Source of the DNA: Mobula hypostoma
Taxonomy: Eukaryota
Direction: 5' to 3'
Length of the DNA: 64,000 nt
NCBI RefSeq assembly: GCF_963921235.1
Contig: NC_086108.1
Coordinates: 10,540,001-10,604,000, forward strand
Below, in pieces: positions 49,995-61,641 of this stretch. A program made the position numbers and the translations under genes. Each line of letters begins with the position of its first letter. The first letter of the stretch is position 1. The notes under the pieces were generated by a model. It saw only the letters and a list, made by a program, of their open reading frames with translations, was not told the DNA's origin and did no database searches.

Positions 49995-50488
49995 TAGGGG
50001 GATTCGATAGTTAAGGGGATAGATAAGAGGTTCTGTGGAAGAGATCGAGAATCCCGGATGGTCTGTTGCCTCCCTGGTGCCAAGGTCCGCGATATCTCGG
50101 ATCGAGTTCTCAGTATTCTCAAGAGGGAGGGTGAGCAGCTGGATGTTGTGGTCCTTGTAGGGACCAATGACACAGATAGGAAGGAGGAGGAGGTCCTGCA
50201 AAGAGAGTTTAGGGAGTTAGGTGCAAAGTTGAAGGACTGGACCTCCAGGGTTGCAATCTCAGGATTGCTACCCGTGCCACGTGCTAGTGAGGCTAGAAAT
50301 AGGAAGATTATGCAGCTAAATACATGGCTAAGGAGATGGTGCAGGAGGGAGGGCTTCATGTTTATGGACAATTGGGCTTTGTTCCAGGGAAGGTGGGACC
50401 TGTTCCGACGGGACGGTCTGCACCTGAACTGGAGGGGGACTAACGTCCTTGCGGGTAGATTTGCTAGTGCTACTCTGGGGGGTTTAAA

Positions 50489-53420
50489 CTAGATTTGCAG
50501 GGGGAGGGGAACCAGAGTGTTAGAGCAGGTAGTGAGGTGAAGGAGGATAAAGGTCATGCCAGGACTGCATGTATGCTCAGTAATCAAAGGTTTGTACATG
50601 ATAGAAATGTTCTCAGGTGCACCTATTTCAATGCAAGGAGTATTGTGGGTAAGGCAGATGATCTTAGGGCATAGATTGGCATCTGGGATTATGACATTAT
50701 TGCTATTAGCGAGACTTGGTTGCAGGAGGGGCAGGAATGGCAGCTTAATGTTCTGGGGTTCTGTTGGTTCAGACGTGACAGAGGAGGAGGGATGAAAGGG
50801 GGCGGAGTGGCATTACTAGTCAGGGAAAAATATCACAGCTGCACATAGACAGGACAGCCCGGAGGGCTTGTCTACAGAGGCCATATGGATGGAGCTGAGG
50901 AATGGGAAAGGTGTGACCACACTAATAGGGTTGTATTATAGACCGCCCAATAGTCAGAGAGAACTGGAGGAGCAAATCGTTAGAGAGATAGCAGACCGAT
51001 ATAAGAAACAGAAAGTTGTAATAGTAGGGGATTATAACTTTCCACATATTGACTGGGACTCCCACACGGTGAAACGGCTAGATGGCTTGGAGTTTGTCTA
51101 ATGTGTTCAGGAAAGTTTTCTAATTCAATATATAGAGGTACCTACGAGAGAGGATGCAATACTTGATCTCCTATTAGGGAACCAGACTGGTCAGGTGACA
51201 GAAGTATGTGTAGGCGACCATTTTGGGTCCAGTGACCATAATGTCATTAGTTTCAAGTTAATTATGGATAAGAATATGTCTGGTCCTCAAGTTCTAAATT
51301 GGAGAAGGGCCAATTTTGTGGAAATGAGGAAGGATCTAGGAAGAGTGGATTGGGACAAGTTGTTTTCTGGCAAGGATGTGTTCAGTAAGCGGAAGGCCTT
51401 CAAAGGCGAAATTTTGAGAGTGCAGAGTTTGCATGTTCCTGCCAGGATTAAAGGCAAAGTTAATAGGCATAGGAAATCTTGGTTTTCAAGGGATATTGGC
51501 GATCTGGTTAAGAAAAAGAGAGAGGTGTATAGCAGGTATAGGCAACTAAGAACAAATGAGGTACTTGAAGAGTATAGGAAATGTAGGAAAATACTAAAGA
51601 AGGAAATCAGGAAGGCAAAAAGAAGACATGAGGTTGCTTTGGCAGATAATGTGAAGGTAAACCCGAAGGGTTTCTACAAGTATATTAAGAGTAAAAAGAT
51701 AGTAAGGGACAAAATTGGTCCTTTAGAAGATCAGAGTGGTCGTCTATGTGTGGAGCTTCACAAGATGGGGAAGATCTTAAACAGTTTTTTTGCATCAGTA
51801 TTTACTCTGGAAACTGGCATAGCGTATATGGAAGGAAGGGAAACAAACAGTAGTGTCATGGAACATATAGAGATTAAAGAGGAGGAGGTGCTTGTTGCCT
51901 TATAGTGAATAAAGGTAGATAAATCCTCCGGGCCTGACATGATATTTCCTTGGACCTTGAGAGAGACTAGTGCAGAAATTGTAGGGGCCCTGGCAGGAAT
52001 ATCTAAAATGTCCTTAGCCACGGGTGCAGTGCCGAAGGATTGGAGGGTAGCACATGTTGTTCCGTTGTTTAAAAAAGGCTCCAAAAGTAAACCAGGTAAT
52101 TACAGGCCGGTGAGCCTGACATCAGTAGTAGGTAAATTATTGGATAGTTTTCTGAGAGATTGGATAGACAAGTATTTGGACAGCCAAGGGCTGATTAAAG
52201 ATAGTCAGCATGGCTTTGTACATGGTAGATCATGTTTAATGAATCTTGTAGAGTTTTTCGAGGAGGTTACCAAGAAAGTAGATGAAGGAAAGGCTGTGAA
52301 TGTTGTCTACATGGACTTTAGTAAGGCCTTTGACAAGGTCCCACATGGGAGGTTAGTTCAGAAGGTTCAGACACTAGGTATCCATGGAAAGGCGGTAAAC
52401 TGGATTCAAAATTGGCTGTGTGGGAGAAGACAGAGAGTGGTAGTGGATGATTGCTTCTCAGACTGGAGGCCTGTGACTAGTGGTGTACCTCAGGGATCTG
52501 TGCTGGGACCATTGTTGTTTGTTGTCTATATCAATGATCTAGATGATAATGTGGTAAATTGGATCAGCAAGTTTGCTGATGACACTATGACTGGAGGCGT
52601 TGTGGACAGCGAGGAAGGCTTTCAAAGCTTGCAGAGGGATCTGGACCAACTGGAAAAATGGGCCAGAAAATGGCAGATGGAATTTAGTGCAGACAAGTGT
52701 GAGGTGTTGCAGTTTGGAAGGACAAATCAAGGTAGGACTTGCACAGTAAATGGTAGGGCACTGAGGAGTGTGGAGGAACAAAGGGATCTGGGGGTTCAGA
52801 TACATAATTACCTGAAAGTGGCGTCACAGGTAGACAAGGTTGTAAAGAAGGCTTTTGTCATCCTGGCATTCATAAATCAAAGTATTGAGTATAGGAGTTG
52901 GGATGTTATGGTGAGGTTGTATAAAACATTGGTGAGGCCAACTTTGGAGTATTGTGTGCAGTTCTGGTCACCTAATTATAGGAAGGATATCAGTAAGATT
53001 GAAAGAGTGCAGAGAAGATTTACTAGGATGTTGCCGGGTCTTCAGGAGTTGAGTTACAGGGAAAAATTGAACAGGTTAGGCCTTTATTCCTTGGAGCGTA
53101 GAAGAATAAGGGGGGATTTGATAGAGGTTTACAAAATTATGAGGGGTATAGACAGAGTAAATGCGAGTAGGCTCTTTCCACTTAGATTAGGAGAGATAAA
53201 TATGAGAGGACATGGCTTAAGGGTGAAGGGGGAAAGGTTTAGGGGGAACATTAGGGGGAACTTCTTCACTCAGAGAGTGGTGGGAGTGTGGAATGAGCTG
53301 CCATTTGACTGGTAATTGCGGGCTTACTCTTAAGTTTTAAGAATAAATTGGATAGGTACATGGATGGGAGAGGTCTGGAGGGTTATGGACTGGATGCAGG
53401 TCAATGGGACTAGTGGGATA
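50489..53420 (+). pseudogene. CR1 ORF2 (EN+RT), disrupted by stops and frameshifts; longest open piece 51939-53315
   Basis: YFNARSIVGK, YYRPPN, VGDYNFP, SDHN, YMDFSKAFDKV, PQGSVLGP, FADD. Confidence 0.92.
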
Positions 53421-53579
53421 AAGTTTCGGCACAGACTAGAAGGTCCAAATGGCCTGTGTTCTGTGCTGTAGTGTTCTATCATTTTGGTCTTACTGACATT
53501 GAGTGAGAGGTTGTTATGACACCACTCAGCCACATTGTTTATTAATAATATTTACAAGGTACAGAGATAGGATGGGTTG

Positions 53580-53649
53580 CAGGGGTTCCCAGCCTGGGTC
53601 CATGGACTCCTTGCTTGGTCCATGGCATAAAAAAGGTTGAGAACTCTTG
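53580..53649. mobile_element. Miniature hAT-like TIR element (related ends at ~4470 and ~34053)
   Basis: CAGGGGTTCCCAGCCT ... AGGTTGAGAACTCTTG; no clean TSD. Confidence 0.5.
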
Positions 53650-53699
53650 GTTTAGAGGGATATGGGCAAACATGGGTATCTTATGTGGCTTAGATTTGA

Positions 53700-55020
53700 A
53701 TTGATAGTGGACTTCAGAAAGGTTAAGATGTGGGGACACATACCAGTCCTCATCAAGGGATCAGAAATGGAAAGGGTGAACAATTTCAAGTTCCTGGGTG
53801 TCAACGTCTCTGAAGATCTACCCTGGACCCACCATATTAATGCAGCTACAAGGAAGGCTTGACAGCAGCTACATTTCATTAGGGATTTGAAGAGATTTGG
53901 TACGTCACCAAACACCTGCGAATTTCTACACATGTACCATGGAGAACACTATAATTGGATGCATTGCTGTCTGGTATGGGGGTCACTGCAGAGATTTGTA
54001 AACTCAGCTGGCTCCATCATGAGCACCAGCCTTCAGTGTCCAGGATACCTTCAAAGGAGCAAAAAGGTGGTGTCTATTATTTAAGGACCTCCATCACCCA
54101 GGTCATGCCCTCTTCTCATTCCTACCATCAGGAAGGAGGTACAGGAGCCTGAAGGCACACACTCAGTGATTCAGGAACAGCTTCTTCCCCTCTGCCATCC
54201 AATTTATGAATGGACATTGAATCCATGAACACTACCTCACTACTTTTTATTTCTGCTTTGCACTACTTATTAAATTTAACTTTTTAGGTGAGAGGAGAAA
54301 ATGGCGCATGCGCAGCTCTCCGGTGAAAAATGATGTCGTATCTGTTAAATAGGGGCCGTGGACAATTTCTGATTTGATGGAGAATGGACATGAAAGCACA
54401 GAGGAACATCTGGAGAAATTTCTGAAATGCCCGTACGCTGCTGTCGTTATTGTGTGGTCGGGAATCTTTCGGAGGGTAGGCCTCAAAATTCCCGGCCTTG
54501 CCTGCTTTTTGCGACCGAGAAAGAGGTCGAATCGTCCGGACAGAGACGGCGCTCAGTACTCGGTGTCGGAGAGCTGATCAGAGCTCGAAGTTTTCGGATG
54601 ACTCAGAGTCGGACTGTGGTTGGCATGGCAGGGAGAGTTCTTCCTTCTCCCGTCTGCGTGAGATGTGGGACATTTGAGAAACTTTGAACTTTACTGTGCT
54701 CACGGACTTTCTTCATCAAGTTATGGTATTGTGCACTGTTGTAACTATATGTATAATTATGTGGTTTTGTCAGTTTTTTCAGTCTTGGTTTGTCCCGTGT
54801 TTTGTGATATCACACCGGAGGAAATAATGTATCATTTCTTAATGCATGCATTACTAAATGACAATAAAAAGGGACTATGTGTCTTCATAATCTAAATATA
54901 TATATATTTACTGTGATTTATAGCTTTTATTATCATGTACTGCATTGTACTTCTGACGCAAAGACAACAAATTTCATGACGTGCTGGTGATATTAAACCT
55001 GATTCTGATTCTGAATCTGA
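53700..55020 (+). mobile_element. Rex1/Babar-like LINE 3' fragment, 3' UTR interrupted at 54289-54897
   Basis: ELIVDFRK..FKFLGVNVSEDLPW; tail ATTAAACCTGATTCTGATTCTGA. Confidence 0.8.
54289..54897 (+). mobile_element. Non-autonomous retroelement (~600 bp), copy 2
   Basis: Starts GAGAGGAGAAAATGGCGCATGCGC; CpG-rich; ends GACAATAAAAAGGGAC..CATAATCT. Confidence 0.8.
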
Positions 55021-56268
55021 GATGAGCATTTTTGTCAGCAGGGATGAAACGGGAAGAAGGGTCTGTTCCAGTGTTCTGGTCTCTATGACTCTATATCATG
55101 TTACGGTCAATAGTGTAGCGATTAATACAAACGCTTGACCTCACCAGCTGCATGAGCAGGATTCAATCTCTGTCGCTGTCTGTAAGGAGCTTGTAGGTTC
55201 TCCCCATGACTGAGTGGGTTTCCTCTGGGTGCTCTGGTTTCTTCCCACAGGCCAAAGGCAACGGTAAGGGTTAGTTGTGGGCATGCTATGAAGGTGTCGG
55301 AAGTATGTTGACACTTGTTGGCTGCTCCCAGGCCAATTCGATTTGATGCAAATGAACCATTTCACTGTATGTTTCAATGTATACTTCATAAATAAAGCTA
55401 ATCTTTACGTGGAAGATGTGGAATTTCTACAGGAGTCTCAGGGAGATGGTTTACTCTTCACATGAATTGTGCAGATTGTGGCAAGCAAGGCTCCCACATC
55501 CCATCTTAACTGAATTTTACAGGAGCACAAATGAGAGCATCCTGACAAGCTACATCTCCATCTAAACTCATCACGCTAAACTCCACACTACCAAAGCACC
55601 CCAGGTTATTAAGTAAGAAACAACACAAACTAGGCCCTTCCAGCCCTTCGAGCTGCACAACCCAGCAATCCTCTGATTTAATCCTAATCTAATCACCTGA
55701 CAATTTACAATCATCCAATTAACCTTCCAACTGGCATGTCTTTGGACTGTGGGAGGAAACCAGAGCATCCGGAGGAAACCCACGCGGTCACGGAGAGGAA
55801 CACATAGACTCCTCGCAGGAAGCGAGGGGAATTTCACAGGTCTGGGATAACCTGCAAAATGCTTTTGAATCTCACTGAGACCTGATCATCCCATCAGCAA
55901 ACAAAGAACCTGCTTGAATGCAGCAACCTGTTCAAAATATTTGTTCAATAAACGTCCCTAATGATGTGCCGGAAAATGTTGACCAAGTCTGATTAATACG
56001 TAGCCGAAAATGGGTTCATCAGCAGAAGTTGGCATTTTATCCATTTTGTCCAACATCTCCTCAGTAAGTGACCTGATTTGAATCGACTGGAAATTTTAAA
56101 AAAATATATGGAACTAATCTCTCGTTTCACTGGGATCCATTCAGGACTTTAATAACCTTTACAGAAGGAATTATATTTAATTACATTCCCTGGAGTCGAA
56201 GTTATTCACTTTAACTCTTGGAGTTGGTGGAAATTTGCCAAGGTGATATGTGTGTGAGTGTGTGTGTG

Positions 56269-56304
<36 letters not shown>

Positions 56305-56614
56305 TGTGTGTGTGTGGTGGACCACCGCAGGGTGGTGGAAGTGCAGATGTGAAGACTTTGGAGAATGTACAGAAGAGATTAACTGGATGCTGCCCTCACA
56401 GGAATGTATCAACGATAAGGAGGGGTTGGACAAACTTGTGTTGTTTCTTTGGATCATTTAGAGGGCTGAGAGTGGTTATCACAATGCTTTACAATACAGG
56501 CAACCCGGATGCTACTGCCTGTAAGGAGTTTGTACATTCTCTCCGTGACCGCGTGTGTTTCCTCTGTGTGCTCTGGTTTCCTCCCACAGTCCAAAGACCT
56601 ACCGGTTGGTGGGT

Positions 56615-57550
56615 CAGAATCAGAATTGGGTTTAATATCACCGGCATATGTCGTGAAATTTGTTAACTGAGTGGCAGCCGTACATAGCAATGCATTCGAA
56701 AGAAAAAGAAAACTATGAATTACAGTAAGCATGTATATAATAAATAGTTAAATTAACTAAGCAGTACAAAAAATAGAAATGAAAAGGTAGTGAGTTAGTG
56801 CATGGTTTCAATGTCCATTCAGAAATCGGATGGCAGAGGGGAAGAAGTTGTTCCTGAATCGTTGAGTGTGTGCCTTTAGGCTTCTGTACCTCCTCCCTGA
56901 TGGTAGCAATGAAAACAAGGCATGACCTGGGTGATGGGGGCCCTTAATGATGGATGCCACGCTTTTGGGACATCGCTCCTTGAAGATGTCCTGGATACTC
57001 TGCAGGCTAGTGCCCATGATCCATGATGAAGCTGGGTAATTTTACAACTCTCTGCAGCTTATTTCAATCCTGTGCATTAGCACCACCTCTCCTCCCTCCA
57101 TACCAGACGGCTGGTGATGCAGCCAGTTAGAATGCTCCTCATGGGACGTCTGAAGAAATTTGCAAGTGTCTTTGGTGACATGTCAGATTGCCTCAAACTC
57201 CGAATGAAATATAGCCACTGTTTTGTCTTCTTTGTAGCTGCATCAATATGTTGGGTCCAGGACAGATCCTCAGAGATATTGACAGCCAAGAACTAGAATT
57301 TGCTCACTCTTTCCACTTCTGATCCCCCTATGATGACTGGTGTGAGTTGACTCATCTTATCCTTTCTGAAGTCCACAATCAGTTCTTTGGGCTTCCTGAC
57401 GTTGATTACAAGGTTGTTGTGACACCACTCAACGTTGATCTATCTTGCTCCTGTAGACCTTCTCATCACTATCAAATATTCTGCCAACAATAGTTGTATC
57501 ATCAGCAAATTTAAAGATTGCATTTAAGCTGTGTCCAACCACACAGTCAT
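56615..57550 (-). mobile_element. Rex1/Babar-like LINE 3' fragment
   Basis: ORFs 56808-57017 and 57077-57289 (-). Confidence 0.8.
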
Positions 57551-58115
57551 GGCTGTATTTCATTAGGAGTTTGAAGAGATTTGATATGTCACCAAAGATG
57601 CTTGCAAATTTCTACAGATGTACCATGGAAAGCATTCTAACTAGTTGCATCACCGTCTGGAATGTGGGGGCCACTGCACAGGATTGGAGAAAGCTGCAGA
57701 AAGTTGTGAACTTATCCAGCTTCATCATGGCAACCAGCCTTCTCAGTATCAAGGATACCTACAAAAGGCGATGCCTCTAAAAGGTGTCATTAAGGACCCC
57801 CATCACCTAGGATATGCCCTCTTCTCATTCCTACCATATTCAAAGATGTACAGGAGTCTGAAGACACACACTCAATGTGTTAGGACCAGCTCTTCCCCCT
57901 CTGCCATCAGGTTTCTGAACCAATGAACACAACCTTATTACTTTTTCCATTTTTTGCTCTCTTTTTGCACGACTTTTTAAATTTAATTATAATAGATATA
58001 TTCCTTATTGAAATTTATAGATTTTTAAATTATTATATATTACACTGCACTGCTGCCACAAAACAAACACTTTTCACAACATATGCCAGTAATATTAAAC
58101 CTGCTTCTGATTCTA
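57551..58115 (+). mobile_element. Rex1/Babar-like LINE 3' fragment
   Basis: KRFDMSPKMLANFYRCTMESILTSCITVW; tail ATTAAACCTGCTTCTGATTCT. Confidence 0.8.
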
Positions 58116-58119
58116 AAGC

Positions 58120-58655
58120 AACATACTCAAAATGCTGGAGGAACCCAGCAGGTCGGGCAACATCTATGGAGATATATAAACAGTCACTATTTCAAACAGA
58201 GACTCTTTTTCACGACTGGGAAGGAAGGGGGAAGATGCCAGAATAAAAAAAGGTGGGCAGAGGGGAAGGAGGATAGTTAGAAGGTAATAGATGAAGCCTA
58301 GTGGGTGGGAAAGGTAAAAGGCTGGAAAAGAAGGAATCTATTAAGAGAGGAGGGTGGACAACAGGAGAAAGAGGAGGAGGAGGGAACCCAGGGGGAATTA
58401 ATAGGCAGGTGAGGAGAAGCAAAAGGTCAGAGTGGGGAAAAGAGGAAGAGGGAAGGGGAGGGGAGGGGAGGGAAAATATTTTTGTACCGGGAGGAGATAT
58501 CAATATTCATGCCATCAGGTTGGAGGCTATCCAGATGGAATATAAGGTGTTGCTCCTCCACCCTGAGGGTGGCCTCATCATGGCACAAGAGGAGGCCATG
58601 GACCGACATGTCGGAACGGGAATGGAGATTGGAATTAAAGTGTTGGGCCACCAAT
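58120..58655 (-). mobile_element. Penelope-like 3' end (GIY-YIG C-terminus plus terminal repeat)
   Basis: LVAQHFNSNLHSRSDMSVHGL..LRVEEQHLIFHLDSLQPDGMNID (-), a motif typical of Penelope endonuclease C-termini. Confidence 0.75.
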
Positions 58656-61641
58656 TGTGATTCCCATTCCTCTTCCAATTTCCTTGCAGTACTGAGACCT
58701 CTTTATTGTCACGTTCCACATCAGAGCTCCTCTGTCCCTGTTGCCTCTCTAAGAGGGCAGATGACAGCAGCCAATTAACTTACCACCACATGTAAGCTTT
58801 GGGGCATGGCAGGAAGCAGAAACACGCAGGAGAAACCCGCATGGCCGCGTGCAAACTCCTCCACACAGGTCAGGAGTGAACTTGAGTTGTTGGGGTTTTG
58901 AGCTAATAAGTCTGACTCCTGGGTTTGTGGCATAAAAATAGATTCAGCAGGCCTGACAGGCCTGAGCTTAACAGAATGAAAGGTAACCTCATTGAAACAA
59001 ACAGGCCTGGCAGGGTAAATGTGAAGCTATGACATATCACAGAAGGAAAGGCACAATGAGGTTCAATGAGATTCTCACCTTGTTTTCCTAAACTACAGCA
59101 AGTACAGGGCCAGATCAATCAAAAGCTCCTCATATGTTAACCCTTTCATTCCCGGGATCATTCTCATGAACCTGCTCTGGGCCGTCTCCCACACCACTAC
59201 ATCCTTTCTTCAGACATGGGGCCCAAGCCTCTCATTGTATGTTTTGATATTCGTTCATTATGTGCTGTGTCGTAAGACATAGGTGATAGTGGTCTTTCTG
59301 CAGAAGTGGTTTGCCATTGCCTTCTTCGAGAGAGTGTCCTTACAAGATGGGTGACCCCACCTAATATCAACTCTCTTCAGAGATTGTCTGCTTGGCATCA
59401 GTAGTTGCATAACCAGGACTTGTGATCTGCATCGGCTGCTCATATGACCATCCACCACCTGCTCCCATGGCTTCACGTGACCCTGATCAGTTGGGGGGGG
59501 GGTGGTTGCCGTGGTAAAGCAGGTGCTACACCTTGTCCAAGGGTGGCCTGCAAGCTAGTAGAGGGAAGACATGCCTTACACCTTCTTTGCAGGAGATGTA
59601 CCTCTACCCAGCCAAGCAAGATAGGATTCTTCCATTGAGGTTGGCTGAGACTAGAACTAGAGGCAATAGGATAAGGGTGATAGGTGAAATGTTTAAGGAG
59701 AACATGAGGAGAAACCTCTTCACTCAGACGTTAGAGAGAGTGCAGAATGAGCTGCCAGCAGAAGTGGTGGATGCAGGTTCAATTTCAACTTTTTAGAGCA
59801 GTTTATATAAGTAATGGATGGGAGGGATTTGGAGGGCTCTGATCCAGCTGTGGCTCATTGGATAACAGTACAGCATTGAATGGATGGGCCAAAGGGTCTG
59901 GTTTTGTGCTGTACTGTCTATGACTCGGGCTAGCAGAGTGAAGGAATGCCTGCCCTCCGCCTCTTTTGGTAGAGATGTCTCTCTGCCCTGCCACCTGCGT
60001 TTTGGCATACATGATTAGGTAAGTCTGTGAGGGCAGGAGCAGACCTCAGTCATCAAGGGTTGGGTGACTGAGTTCATCTCCACAGGAGCACAGGCGAAGC
60101 CTTTCTCGTTTTGTCCCAGCTGTTTTTCTCCAGATTAGATATTGAGTTTCAAAAGAAAGGCAATTTATTAAAACAACAAAAAAAAAGCTTAATACCAGAG
60201 GCCAGCAGCAGAAGAACACAAATCCATTCCACTCGTAGCCTCACAGACATATCAAGCAGGTTCCACACATCATAGCTGTGTGCTAGTACAACGGGCCGCA
60301 GTCTGCACCCCCCCCCCCACCAGGGGTACGGGCCCAGACAAACAACAGCAGCAGTTTTCAGTTACGTAGTGCCTGCAACCCATTAAAAACATCAAGGCAT
60401 GCCGTGGACTGAATCTTACCAACCCAGCCGTACCAGAAGATAGCGACGGCTGTAGATCGGCTTCAGGAAGCAGGGTGGAGGTTTAGGAAAGGTATTCCAG
60501 GGAGCGGATCTCACTCCCCGCCCACCACTCACCTGCACATATCCAGTGGTTGAGTACGGTGGTTGGCATGGACAGGTTTGGCTGACAGGCTGTACAGTCT
60601 TGCCTGTACAGCCTGAAACAATGGTGGAGCCAAGCCAGAGATAGAGACATGTCTGAGAGGTCAAGTAATTTAGTTCTCTGGACAACTGACTCAGGAGAGA
60701 CCTTGCGAGGAAGGGGGTGATCAAACCCTTTACCCCACTGGTGGTACAGGGCAGATCATTAGACACCAGAATATACGTGAAGGTAGGTCAGTTCCTTAAA
60801 ATTGTTATATTGTTATAGCTGGGGGGGGGCGCGCGTTAGTGTGGATAAGCTCCCACTACCTATAAGGTGCTCTCAATGGTGTGCACCTCAAATAGCCTCT
60901 GACAACCCAGTCCATCTCCTGGCCTTCACGTGTGGCTTAGTTACTGAGCTGGGCAGAACTGTTTCTACTGACAGGAGAAGGGACAAAGACTGATTGCCGG
61001 CACCTTAAAACCAGTCTATTCACGCTAATGGGGCTCGTCAGCTGTGGTTGGCAGCTCATCTAGGAGAATGAAAACTCTGATTGCGACTATACCCACTCAT
61101 GGGGGATGCTTTCGGGAGTAACAATCCGGAGCCAGGGTCACTAAGGCAGTCCTACATTGAGTTCAAGGCTCACTGGCATCTCTTGCAAATCCTCTGTACT
61201 GTATCGATCTGTCCCTTTCCTTTGGATTCATCAGCAGCGTGGAGAGGGGGACCATGCTGCATGGGCAAGAGCTTGCTATCAGTATTGTACTGCTCCGGCT
61301 GGTGTATCACATAGGCTACTGGGATGCAACATCTGTGGTCAACCCTGACCAATGGAGAGCCTTGTCAGATCAGGGAAAGAGGGTTCTGGGAGCTGCTACT
61401 GAGGAGTTGAGGCCAGCACTGAACAGTCAGGAGGAAAAAGAGGCACGGCCTCAGGTAAAACATGGAAACTCCACACAGACAGCCCCAGAGGTCAGGATCA
61501 GACATACAGACTATGATCTCCATCAGAAGCTGGGAATCCGGCAATGTTCAGAAGTGGGTGGTCAGTCACACAACATTAAGTGTATGAACAGTCAGGGGAG
61601 ACAGGCGGCAATGAGCTGTAGATTTCCCACACACAGAACTA

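Larger units (their letters stand above)
45608..50492 (+). pseudogene. CR1 ORF1 (CxxC..CxxC zinc finger, coiled coil, SGNH-esterase-like domain), disrupted
   Basis: VECSVC..YTCERC..RVRELELEL; premature TGA 45863-45865; VIGDS split by the insertion; LVGTND, DGLHLN. Confidence 0.85.
45256..53477 (+). mobile_element. Full-length decayed CR1 LINE (5' UTR, ORF1, ORF2, 3' UTR), interrupted at 46063-49994
   Basis: GC/purine-rich 5' UTR; ORF1 from 45608; ORF1 resumes ~49995 to TAG 50492; ORF2 remnants to ~53420; ends ..CTGTGCTGTAGTGTTCTA. Confidence 0.92.

Noticed and set aside
60604..60614. CTGTACAGCCT similarity to a let-7 passenger strand
   Set aside because: Match is only ~11 nt and no let-7 mature arm (TGAGGTAG) is present
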